IMG/VR virus record: IMGVR_UViG_3300028805_000047
Reading direction: 5' to 3' (one strand)
DNA from: a virus
Taxonomy: Duplodnaviria > Heunggongvirae > Uroviricota > Caudoviricetes
Length of the DNA stretch: 64,000 nucleotides
Part shown: piece after piece, positions 48,599-57,736 of the stretch
How positions within the stretch are numbered: position 1 is the first letter of the stretch
How the letters are laid out: each line of letters starts with the position of its first letter
Position numbers and translations under genes: made by a program
The notes under the pieces: generated by a model
What the model saw: the letters and a program-made list of their open reading frames with translations, nothing else
What the model was told of the DNA's origin: nothing
Databases searched by the model: none

Positions 48599-50236
48599 GT
48601 GGCTGGTTTTGTAAATAAAGAATTTAACTTGTCATCAAGTAGCAGGACAAGTGATTATTTAAGAAAGAAATTATCTAAAGTTAAGTTTTCAAATGACTTG
48701 ACTACTAATATTGTCAATATGCAGGATGTTGATAAGCTTCTATCAATATCTTCTATGACAAAAACAGGTTTTAATTTTGATAACCAGCAACCAGCTGATT
48801 TTAATACATTACGTGATACCTGTCGAAGCTATGCTAAAGAAGATGATATTGATGAAATTCTTGATATTATCTGTGATGAATCAATTTGTTCTACTGTACA
48901 GGATGAATCATTTGCATATATAAAATCATCAATTACTGATTTGACATCAGAAAGATCAGAAAAACTTACGGAATATTTTGAAAAGTTCAGACTGTATTTT
49001 GGACTTATGAACACTGATGCAGTTTGGAAGCTTTTTAGAAAATTCATCATAGATGGTAAAATTGCGTATCAGATAGTTTATTCTAAAAACGGAAAAACTA
49101 TTGAAGGATTTATAGAACTTGATGCAGCCAAGGTACAAGTTACATTTGACAGAGAAACACATGAAAAAAGATATTCTGTTGAGACATATGATATAAATAC
49201 GCTTCGTCCTATTCATCAAGATCTGTGTGAGCAAGAAATAATCTTTATAACATATTCTGATGAAGATGACAATGTGAGCTATGTTTCGAGATTGATTCGT
49301 TCTTTCAATATTTTAAGAATTATGGAATCAACTCGTATAACATTTGCTGTTACAAATGCATCATTTAAGATGATGTATACAGTTCCTGTTGGTTCAACAT
49401 CATATCAGAAAGGTAGACAAAGATTGGCACAAGTTGCAGCAGACCATGCAGAACAAGTTGATTTTAACTGGGCTAATGGACAAATTAAAACGAATGGAAA
49501 ACCAATGCTTCCATTTTATAAACAAATATTCTTTGCTCAGCAAGATGGTCAAAAACCAGAGATTCAAGTACTTAATAATTCTGGAGGGCCTGATTTGTCA
49601 AATATGGATGCCATTAAGTATTTTGCCGAAAAATTTCAACAAATAACAAAAATACCTTTAGCAAGATTTAATAGACTGTCTCAGCCACAGCAGTCGTATA
49701 ATACTGAAGGTGTTTTTAGGGATGAAATCAGATTCAGCAAGTTTATAGCACGTTTGAGAAATATATTCCAAATGTTGTTTATAAAACCGATATATATTCA
49801 AATGTGTCTTGATGATGATATAAAAGATGACTTAAAATTCTTTTCATCATTAAGTCTTATATATCAATCAGATTCAACATACCTTCAAGAAAAGATGATA
49901 GATTTATTGCGTAAAAACGCAGAAGCCATATCATCTGTAATGCAGTCTTTACAGGTTACTGATGCTGAAGGTAATCAAACAAGTTATCTTGATATGGAAT
50001 TTATGATTCGTAAGTTTAGTACATTGTCTGACAATGACCTTAAACTTAATGAAGAAATGAAAAAGAAAGCCAAAGAAAAAGCTGCTGCAGCCGCAAAAGA
50101 AGCTGAAGCTGCTGCTCAACAAGAACAAGGTGGTGGTGAACAAGGTATGGAAGGTGGTGAAAGTGGAGGAGAACCGGCAATGCCAGAACCTCCACAAGAA
50201 GAACCTCCACAAGAAGAACCTCAACCAGAAGCATAA
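48599..50236 (+). CDS. portal protein (T4 gp20-like)
   Basis: IDEILDIICDESI, FRKFIIDG, FNILRIME, IKYF..K....KIP..RF, RDEIRFSKFIARLR; TATAAATA at 48547. Confidence 0.92.
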   Translation: MAGFVNKEFNLSSSSRTSDYLRKKLSKVKFSNDLTTNIVNMQDVDKLLSISSMTKTGFNFDNQQPADFNTLRDTCRSYAKEDDIDEILDIICDESICSTVQDESFAYIKSSITDLTSERSEKLTEYFEKFRLYFGLMNTDAVWKLFRKFIIDGKIAYQIVYSKNGKTIEGFIELDAAKVQVTFDRETHEKRYSVETYDINTLRPIHQDLCEQEIIFITYSDEDDNVSYVSRLIRSFNILRIMESTRITFAVTNASFKMMYTVPVGSTSYQKGRQRLAQVAADHAEQVDFNWANGQIKTNGKPMLPFYKQIFFAQQDGQKPEIQVLNNSGGPDLSNMDAIKYFAEKFQQITKIPLARFNRLSQPQQSYNTEGVFRDEIRFSKFIARLRNIFQMLFIKPIYIQMCLDDDIKDDLKFFSSLSLIYQSDSTYLQEKMIDLLRKNAEAISSVMQSLQVTDAEGNQTSYLDMEFMIRKFSTLSDNDLKLNEEMKKKAKEKAAAAAKEAEAAAQQEQGGGEQGMEGGESGGEPAMPEPPQEEPPQEEPQPEA

Positions 50237-50258
50237 TAATTTAGTAAACTAAATTAAA

Positions 50259-51467
50259 ATGGCAATTCTTAATAAAACAGTAAGGAATATTATATGTATT
50301 GGTAATCAGTGTCTTGATATATTAGATGCTGTTGAGAATACCCATATTGTATTACCTGAAAGTCCAGCAGTAGCCATTGCCGAACTTACTGAAAAAATGA
50401 AAGAAGAGGTTGATGTAAGGACAAGAAGACTTCAGGAATTGCAGTCCCTCATGGAAACTGAGAAAGAGAAGTATAAAAATCGTAAAGAAATTAATAAAGA
50501 CATGTCTTGTAAAGATCGTCTTAGTCTTTCAAATATTGGAGCTGAAATGGTTGCTGCTGGACGTACTATTGAAAGAATACAAAATAAGCTTGTAGTTGTC
50601 AAAGACGATTTCAATTCACAGATAAATGAAATAAAAGAACGATTTAATATCGATAAGGGTGTTTTTAATATGTTTATCGAAAATGTCAAAGCAGATTATA
50701 AGTTTGACGTTATAAAAGGTCCATCAGGGTCTCGGTCAAATTACATAAACGTTCTTTGTGATGAGATAGATGACTTAATAGAAAGACTTGATAAAGAAAT
50801 TAAAGACTTAATTGTTGAAATTATAAATACAACTACACAAAGTTCTACTCCTGTTGTAATAGGTTCTGCTGTTGACAATGTTTTGAATAAACTTGCAATG
50901 ATAGCAATTGCCTTAATACGGATAGGTTCAAAAATTCTTGAAATAGACAAGTTATTAAAAGAGTTGCAAAGAAAAGTAGAGTCTTTACGAATAAATGAAT
51001 TTAAAGATATTCCAAAACGTATTAAGGCACTTAATCTATCTGAAGTTATAAGTTTTGGAGATTTTAAAATGCCTTTAACTGACAAGCTTAATGAATTACG
51101 GAATGGATTTAATAAGTGTAATGAAAGTTTTGAAGGCTGTAAGAAAGATGTGATGGAAAGCCTTGGTAAAGATTACACTTTGATAGATGAAAAACAAAGG
51201 CTTTATGCAAAATATCAGTATGAATACCAAATAAATGAAATTGTTGTTATCGGTGCTGATATTTATCAAAAACATCCTGTATTAGAACAGTATACATTTA
51301 AGTATCATGTAAATTATTATAATAAGTCTGTACAAGAGGCATTAAGCCTTTCAGCAATAGAAATGGATAAGATGCATAAAGAACAAGAGAAGAGTAAACA
51401 AAATGTAGAACTCACTAATTTACGTGTTGTAAAAACGACATCGGGTAAAATGTATATTTCAAAATAG
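50259..51467 (+). CDS. coiled-coil hypothetical protein
   Basis: 402-aa ORF. Confidence 0.75.
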   Translation: MAILNKTVRNIICIGNQCLDILDAVENTHIVLPESPAVAIAELTEKMKEEVDVRTRRLQELQSLMETEKEKYKNRKEINKDMSCKDRLSLSNIGAEMVAAGRTIERIQNKLVVVKDDFNSQINEIKERFNIDKGVFNMFIENVKADYKFDVIKGPSGSRSNYINVLCDEIDDLIERLDKEIKDLIVEIINTTTQSSTPVVIGSAVDNVLNKLAMIAIALIRIGSKILEIDKLLKELQRKVESLRINEFKDIPKRIKALNLSEVISFGDFKMPLTDKLNELRNGFNKCNESFEGCKKDVMESLGKDYTLIDEKQRLYAKYQYEYQINEIVVIGADIYQKHPVLEQYTFKYHVNYYNKSVQEALSLSAIEMDKMHKEQEKSKQNVELTNLRVVKTTSGKMYISK

Positions 51468-51522
51468 TTTTACAGAAACATAAATATACTTAGTTTACTA
51501 ACTTATTTAATTTTAGTTTGAC

Positions 51523-52638
51523 ATGGAAAACGAAAGACAGAAATTTTTAACGTATGTTACAGCTCAAAGAGACGGTGCATTTAATATGCTTGACTTTGAT
51601 AATGTTACAAAAGTATATTTTCAAGAAGTACCAATTACAAAAGATGAATATCTTGAAATAATTAAAAATTATAGCACACTATATGATAAATACTTTGATT
51701 CAAACGGTGATGTAAAATCAGAAGTTCAAAGTGAAGGTGCTGAAACCAATTGTAACGGTGGAGGTTGTGCAGGTCCTATACAATTTCCTGAAGGAGGTGA
51801 TAATGGTTTTTCTGGAAAAAGAAATGGATCAGCTGATGCATTATTTAACAATAGAAGAAAAAGAAAGAAACGTACAATAGCTGAAAACCTAAATACGCTT
51901 TCTAATGAGACAAGAGCAAGAGTCCTTCAAATATTCCAAAAACATTGTGAAAAAGTAAGCGATGTAGAGTTTGAAGATATTGACATTGACTATAGCGAAT
52001 ATATATCTGCAGTACTTACTAATATAGACGATATTAAAACGCTTAAACAAGAATTAGAGGATTTAACAAGTAAAGATTCAAGAATTTCTAAAGTAATTTT
52101 CTTGTATGATGATACATTTAGCCAAGTTGAAGTTACTGTGTATTATGACAGTTCTTTAATCATGACAGAACATAAGTCAGTGATTCCTAAATTGATTCAT
52201 AAAGATATTGTAGACGCTATTCAAACTTTAGGTGTAGCAGATGTTGCTGGTGAACCAGGATTTTTGTCAGATTATGATTATACTTTAAATCTCGAATATA
52301 GATTTAATAGTCAGTTTGATCCTCAATCAGTTGAAGATGCAGTAAGACAGAAACTTTCTGAAAGATATGACATTTCACAAATAGAAATTAACTTTGACGG
52401 ATCTGTGATGAAAATGCAGATTGAGTTTAAAGATACTGTATATGTGAATGAATCAATACTTATTCAAGAAGGTGTTCTTGGAGCAGTTGCAGGTGGTGTA
52501 CTTGGTTTTACAATCGGTCCAAAACTTGGAGAATGTATTGCAAATGCTCTTGGTGTACAAAAAGGTGTGTTTAAAGATATGCTTACGTCACGTGCATTCC
52601 TGACAGCTCTTGGCGCATATATAGGAGGTAAGAAATAA
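51523..52638 (+). CDS. multi-segment protein with C-terminal glycine-zipper hydrophobic domain
   Basis: VNESILIQE-GVLGAVAGGVLGFTIG...LGAYIGG; CATAAATA upstream. Confidence 0.75.
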   Translation: MENERQKFLTYVTAQRDGAFNMLDFDNVTKVYFQEVPITKDEYLEIIKNYSTLYDKYFDSNGDVKSEVQSEGAETNCNGGGCAGPIQFPEGGDNGFSGKRNGSADALFNNRRKRKKRTIAENLNTLSNETRARVLQIFQKHCEKVSDVEFEDIDIDYSEYISAVLTNIDDIKTLKQELEDLTSKDSRISKVIFLYDDTFSQVEVTVYYDSSLIMTEHKSVIPKLIHKDIVDAIQTLGVADVAGEPGFLSDYDYTLNLEYRFNSQFDPQSVEDAVRQKLSERYDISQIEINFDGSVMKMQIEFKDTVYVNESILIQEGVLGAVAGGVLGFTIGPKLGECIANALGVQKGVFKDMLTSRAFLTALGAYIGGKK

Positions 52639-52639
52639 T

Positions 52640-53140
52640 ATGGAAAATTTAAGGACATTCAGACAAGTCATAAATGAGGCAAGAAAGGAACCTGAGTATT
52701 TACAGCTTGGTTCTGATGGAATGTATCATCCAAAAAATAATATCGAATTATCATATCTTCTTGATAAACTTATTGATGAAAGAGGAAATGAAGGAGATTT
52801 TAATGACATTGATACATCTGAAATTGATGATATGTCTAATGTATTTAATGTTTTGTTTAAAAATCCATTAAAAAATCCATATAAGTTCAATGGTGACATT
52901 TCTAAGTGGAATACCGGTAATGTCACTAATATGAATAATATGTTTTATGGATGTCGGAAATTCAATTGTGACATATCTAATTGGGATGTCAGTAAGGTTG
53001 TTAGTATGGAAAGTATGTTTGAAAATGCTAATTCTTTCAATCAAGATATTTCAAAATGGAATGTAAGAAATGTTAAATCTTACGATATGTTTGATTTAGG
53101 TTGTGAAATGAATAGTAATTTTAAGCCTAAATTTATTTAA
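52640..53140 (+). CDS. DUF285/BspA-type repeat protein with CTS-like N-terminus
   Basis: FNGDISKWNTGNVTNMNNMF repeats; MENLRTFRQVINE. Confidence 0.85.
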   Translation: MENLRTFRQVINEARKEPEYLQLGSDGMYHPKNNIELSYLLDKLIDERGNEGDFNDIDTSEIDDMSNVFNVLFKNPLKNPYKFNGDISKWNTGNVTNMNNMFYGCRKFNCDISNWDVSKVVSMESMFENANSFNQDISKWNVRNVKSYDMFDLGCEMNSNFKPKFI

Positions 53141-53169
53141 TCATAAATAATTTATATAAAACGAAAGTC

Positions 53170-55143
53170 ATGAGTATTTTTAAGCAATTTTTAAATGAAG
53201 CTAAATTAGTTAATGAGTCTAATGAAGCAGGCACAGAGGTATTAGATGATATAAGTACTGAAGTTCAATCAGGTGATCCAAGTGACGTTAAAGAATTTAA
53301 AGCTATGATCAATAGTAATCTTATAACGAAAGATCTTGTTTCATCAAATAAAATTGTATCTAAGGCAGTATCAATAATATTTAATAAAATTAAAGGTATT
53401 GTTGTATTTCCTAGATTTATTTTGGTTGACGGAATAAAGTATGCCGTTATAGAGTCAAAAGATAAAATTATATTCTTTGACTACAATAATCAAAACTTTA
53501 GGGCTTATATATTTAAGAAAAGTATAACATCATTTGGTAAGAATGTCGCTGACTATAAATTTGAAACTAACAAGCTTGGTTTGACGGCATTTTTTGATGC
53601 TATAGAAAATGTAATGGTTAATGAATCAAGAACAATATCTGAAGCTAAGATGTCTCCAAGAATGACAACATTATTACAAATTGCTCCTGATATATTGGAT
53701 AGAGCTAAGAAAGAACCTAATCTTCAGGCATTTTGTACACAGATTATCAGAACAGATCCGAACCTTGCAAAATTGTACAGCACTAATAAAAAACCTGCTG
53801 ATGCAATGTGGTATGATTTGTCAAAAATGATGCAGAATACGGCATTAGTTCCGTCAGGTGGTGCTTCTAATCCAGTGCCTGGAACTACAGCTCCTGCAGC
53901 AATGGCTCTTTCAACTACTGAAGGCTTGACAGTTACTGAAGATGTATCTGTTGATATAGCACCAATTAAAATGGAAGATAAGTTTAAAGAAGCTTATGAA
54001 AATCAGATTAAAAAATATGATGAATCTCTTGAAACAATTGCATTGATTACTGAACAAATGTGTGAGTACGTAAAAGGTACTATGGACGATGTAACAAGAA
54101 AGCAATTCAAGAGATTGATGATTATTTCCGGTGATGCTGGTATCGGTAAAACTTGGACCATGCAGAAAATTCTTGTTGAGAAAGGTATGCGTGAAGGTAC
54201 CGACTATGTAAAGCTTGGTACAAAAGGTCTTACTGTTGCAAACTTGTATAAGATGGTTGCACAATATCCTGATAAGTTGATTATAATGGATGATATGTCT
54301 AACATATTCAACTCAGCAAATAAAGTTGCATTCTGGCAGCACATGATGGATACTTCTGATTCTACAGTTGATGCTCCAACAGGTGTAAGATCATATCATA
54401 CATCAAGTAACAGACGTCTAAATTATTATCGAGAAGTTGGTAATATAGATGATGAATTGAAAGTTAATTCCAGATGGCAGGCATTGAAAAAGAAAATGTC
54501 TGATTACGAAAAGAAACTAAAAGAATACCAAGATGCTGGTAGATTGCTTGATGCTGAAAATATGGCAAAGGGTATTGATGATTTGAAAAAACAAATGAAT
54601 GTCCAAAGAGAGAAGATTGCCGATAATATTGTTGAAAGATTACCGGATAAATTGGCATTCCACGGTCTTGTAATTATCATTACCAATAGTTCTCAAAATA
54701 ACTTGGAAGATGAAGTTAAAGCAGCATCCGGTGATAAGCAATGGGACTCTATTCGAAGAAGAGCTAACTTTATAAATCTATATCCAGCTCCAAAAGTTTT
54801 ATGGAAAAAGATAAAAGATACTTATCAAGCTCAAATGGATGATACATCTGTTCCTGATGAACAAACAGTAGTTCCAAGAGGGAGATGGAAAGAAGTCTGT
54901 ACTTATGTTGAAAAAGCTCTTAATGAAAATAAGATGACAAGAGACAAGTCAGGTGATACTGTATATACTTGTAAAGTTAATTATAGTATGCTTGACGCCG
55001 TTGGTACAAGTATGAGAAAATATCCTGACAAGGATTTCATGTGGAAAAACACATTGAACGCTCAGATGTTTGCACATACTGTAAAGAGTGCAGAAGATTT
55101 AGCTGAAGAACAAATGATTGATTATTTCAAATTTAATGTATAA
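53170..55143 (+). CDS. AAA+ ATPase with CTS-like N-terminus
   Basis: GDAGIGKT Walker A, IIMDD Walker B, IIITN; MSIFKQFLNE. Confidence 0.8.
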   Translation: MSIFKQFLNEAKLVNESNEAGTEVLDDISTEVQSGDPSDVKEFKAMINSNLITKDLVSSNKIVSKAVSIIFNKIKGIVVFPRFILVDGIKYAVIESKDKIIFFDYNNQNFRAYIFKKSITSFGKNVADYKFETNKLGLTAFFDAIENVMVNESRTISEAKMSPRMTTLLQIAPDILDRAKKEPNLQAFCTQIIRTDPNLAKLYSTNKKPADAMWYDLSKMMQNTALVPSGGASNPVPGTTAPAAMALSTTEGLTVTEDVSVDIAPIKMEDKFKEAYENQIKKYDESLETIALITEQMCEYVKGTMDDVTRKQFKRLMIISGDAGIGKTWTMQKILVEKGMREGTDYVKLGTKGLTVANLYKMVAQYPDKLIIMDDMSNIFNSANKVAFWQHMMDTSDSTVDAPTGVRSYHTSSNRRLNYYREVGNIDDELKVNSRWQALKKKMSDYEKKLKEYQDAGRLLDAENMAKGIDDLKKQMNVQREKIADNIVERLPDKLAFHGLVIIITNSSQNNLEDEVKAASGDKQWDSIRRRANFINLYPAPKVLWKKIKDTYQAQMDDTSVPDEQTVVPRGRWKEVCTYVEKALNENKMTRDKSGDTVYTCKVNYSMLDAVGTSMRKYPDKDFMWKNTLNAQMFAHTVKSAEDLAEEQMIDYFKFNV

Positions 55144-57716
55144 TGATTATGGATTTCTCGATTTTATTTGACGAAAAAATAGAAAGATATAGTGGTGAAG
55201 CGTATAGAAAAGCTTTACATGATGAATTCATTTCAAGATATGGAATGAATGAATCTGCATTTTCTGATTTAGACGATGATGACGATGACGGTATAGACGA
55301 TGATGTGAAACAAGAAAAAGCTAAACAGGAGAAAAATGAAGTTTCTACTGAAATCGTGTCTGCCATAAAATCTCATCAGAAGATAAAAATGACAAATGAT
55401 AAGGCTATCATTTACGTTGATGTACTCTATGATCAAGCTGTGAAGAAATTTAAAAATAGAACATCTAAATTTAAAGTATTCACGGAACTGCTTGATTTTT
55501 CTGATGTCACTATTTTTGATGCAATGTTTGCATATTTAACAATTCCTAATGCTGATTTGAGCGGTATTAATACGTCAAAAGCAACTAGTATGAATGGTTG
55601 TTTTTATAAAGCAGATTTTAATAATGATTCTATTAAAAACTGGGATGTAAGCGCTTGTAAGTCATTTAAGAATATGTTTAAGTATTCTTCATTCAAACAA
55701 GAGCAGATAATTAAAGAATGGGTATACAATAAGGCAATATATGCAAATAAAACATTAATGCCTAAAATTGATATGCAAGATGTTTATAAACAAGATATTG
55801 AGCAATCATTAAAAGATATGGATATTAATTTTGATGACAGTCTTCAATTGAAGCCATTTTCGCAGTTCTTGAAAGAAAGCCAAAATAAAAGTTCAAGAAT
55901 GGAATCAAATAGAGAATATTACAGAAACAGATCACGTCATCATGAACCTATAAATGAAGGTGTTGTTGATACATTAAAAAATATTGGTAAAAAAATATTG
56001 GAGTTTTTCAAAAAGACTGCAATGTTTATAACTAATAACGTATTTGCAATATTTGATAGTGAAGGTAATTCTTACGGTGCCGTATCTCCTGTTACAATAG
56101 CTAAAAATTTTGGTAAAGGTGGAGCCGTACAAGCAGATACAAATGATCCTATCGCAGGTTCTTCTGGAATTAAAGTTAATAAGTCAGGTGTATTTGAAAC
56201 TTATGCTTCAGATAATGAAAAGACAAACCTTGCTGCAATGCTTGCATTAACAGAAGCAAGAGGAGTTGGAGGTTATTCTGCTGCATCAGGTGGTTTTCGT
56301 GAAAAATATCAAGAAGGTGGAACTGATGTATTAATTGACGAAGTTGATTGGCAACTCAGAAATCCTGGTAAAGAATCAGCTAAGCCTATTCTTGTCTGGG
56401 GTGCACCTGGTATTGGTAAATCTTCAATACCTAGATCAGTTGTTGAAGAATATAATAAAACAGCAAAGGGTGATACGAAGAAAATGAAGGCATTGATGAT
56501 TGTTGACTGCTCTCAATTGGCTTCTGATTCATTATCAATACCTCTTCCTGATACAAGAACTGTTGAAGAGTATATGAATACTGCAGGTATTGATACAAAA
56601 GATATTGATAGAAAATATCTTGATATTAAAATCCGTAAATGTGCAGATGCACTTAAAAACGGAGCTCTTCCAGTATATGAACCAACAGGTGATCCAAAAG
56701 TTGATAAAATCCTTGACGACATCGCAAATGGTTCAACAATGCCTATTTACAACGAAGACGGTACTTTGAATCACTTTGAACATACAGGTGATGGTGGTTT
56801 GATAATGCTTGATGAGTTGTTTAGAGCTGATCCTGATATTTTCAATAAACTTTTGACATTGTTAAGTGAAAGAAGATTTGGTTCTTCAGTATTAGGTAGT
56901 AAATGGTCTTTGATGGCTTGTACTAATAGACCTTTGGACGATGCAGCTGTTGAAGAAAAATGGTCAAATGCTCCAGGTGCTTTGATGAACCGCTTCCGTT
57001 GTCAAATACAGTTTATTCCTTCATTTGCTGAATGGACAACTTGGGCTAGAAAACATGGATTTGATGAAACAACATTAAATTTCTTGTCAGCAGAAACAAA
57101 TGCTGATGGCGAGTATACGAACTGGTTCAACTTTGATAAAGAAGCAAGAACTGCATTTTTGGATAAAAGAGCTGAGGCTGCATTCCCATCACCTCGTTCT
57201 TGGTCTAATGCAATTATTCACTTGAATGATTACTGTAAACAAAAAGGTTATTCAAGTTATGTTGAAATTCCTGAAGCAACATTATTAAGAAAGCTTGCCG
57301 GTGCAGTAGGTTCAGAAATGGCACAAGATTTTATAGATTACTATAAAGCAAATGCAGGTGTTTCAAATTCTAAGCAAATATTTAATGCAGTGAATGTATT
57401 TTCAGGTGAATTAAATGAGAAAATTGATGGTCTTAAATTACCTTCAACTCCTCAAATACTTGAAATTCTTCAAAATAATATTAAATCAAGATATACTAAA
57501 GAAAAACAAATGCCTGCTAAGGAATTTGAAAATATGTGTAGATTCTTGGTTTCTAATTTACCAGAAAATGAACCTGGTGGTTCAGTAGTTTCAGGAGTAT
57601 TCAGTATATTGAATTATTTTGGTTATGATGTTAATAGTAAAGAGTCAATATCAAAATGTCCTTACGTTCCTGCAATGAAAAATGTTTTGTTTAAACGTTT
57701 TGAAGATATTGAATAA
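55143..57716 (+). CDS. DUF285-like repeats fused to MoxR-like AAA+ ATPase
   Basis: WGAPGIGKS, LDELFRA, ACTNR, ALMNRF, FPSPRSW; N-terminal NWDVS/MF repeats. Confidence 0.85.
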   Translation: MIMDFSILFDEKIERYSGEAYRKALHDEFISRYGMNESAFSDLDDDDDDGIDDDVKQEKAKQEKNEVSTEIVSAIKSHQKIKMTNDKAIIYVDVLYDQAVKKFKNRTSKFKVFTELLDFSDVTIFDAMFAYLTIPNADLSGINTSKATSMNGCFYKADFNNDSIKNWDVSACKSFKNMFKYSSFKQEQIIKEWVYNKAIYANKTLMPKIDMQDVYKQDIEQSLKDMDINFDDSLQLKPFSQFLKESQNKSSRMESNREYYRNRSRHHEPINEGVVDTLKNIGKKILEFFKKTAMFITNNVFAIFDSEGNSYGAVSPVTIAKNFGKGGAVQADTNDPIAGSSGIKVNKSGVFETYASDNEKTNLAAMLALTEARGVGGYSAASGGFREKYQEGGTDVLIDEVDWQLRNPGKESAKPILVWGAPGIGKSSIPRSVVEEYNKTAKGDTKKMKALMIVDCSQLASDSLSIPLPDTRTVEEYMNTAGIDTKDIDRKYLDIKIRKCADALKNGALPVYEPTGDPKVDKILDDIANGSTMPIYNEDGTLNHFEHTGDGGLIMLDELFRADPDIFNKLLTLLSERRFGSSVLGSKWSLMACTNRPLDDAAVEEKWSNAPGALMNRFRCQIQFIPSFAEWTTWARKHGFDETTLNFLSAETNADGEYTNWFNFDKEARTAFLDKRAEAAFPSPRSWSNAIIHLNDYCKQKGYSSYVEIPEATLLRKLAGAVGSEMAQDFIDYYKANAGVSNSKQIFNAVNVFSGELNEKIDGLKLPSTPQILEILQNNIKSRYTKEKQMPAKEFENMCRFLVSNLPENEPGGSVVSGVFSILNYFGYDVNSKESISKCPYVPAMKNVLFKRFEDIE

Positions 57717-57736
57717 TATTATAGATAGTTACAACC

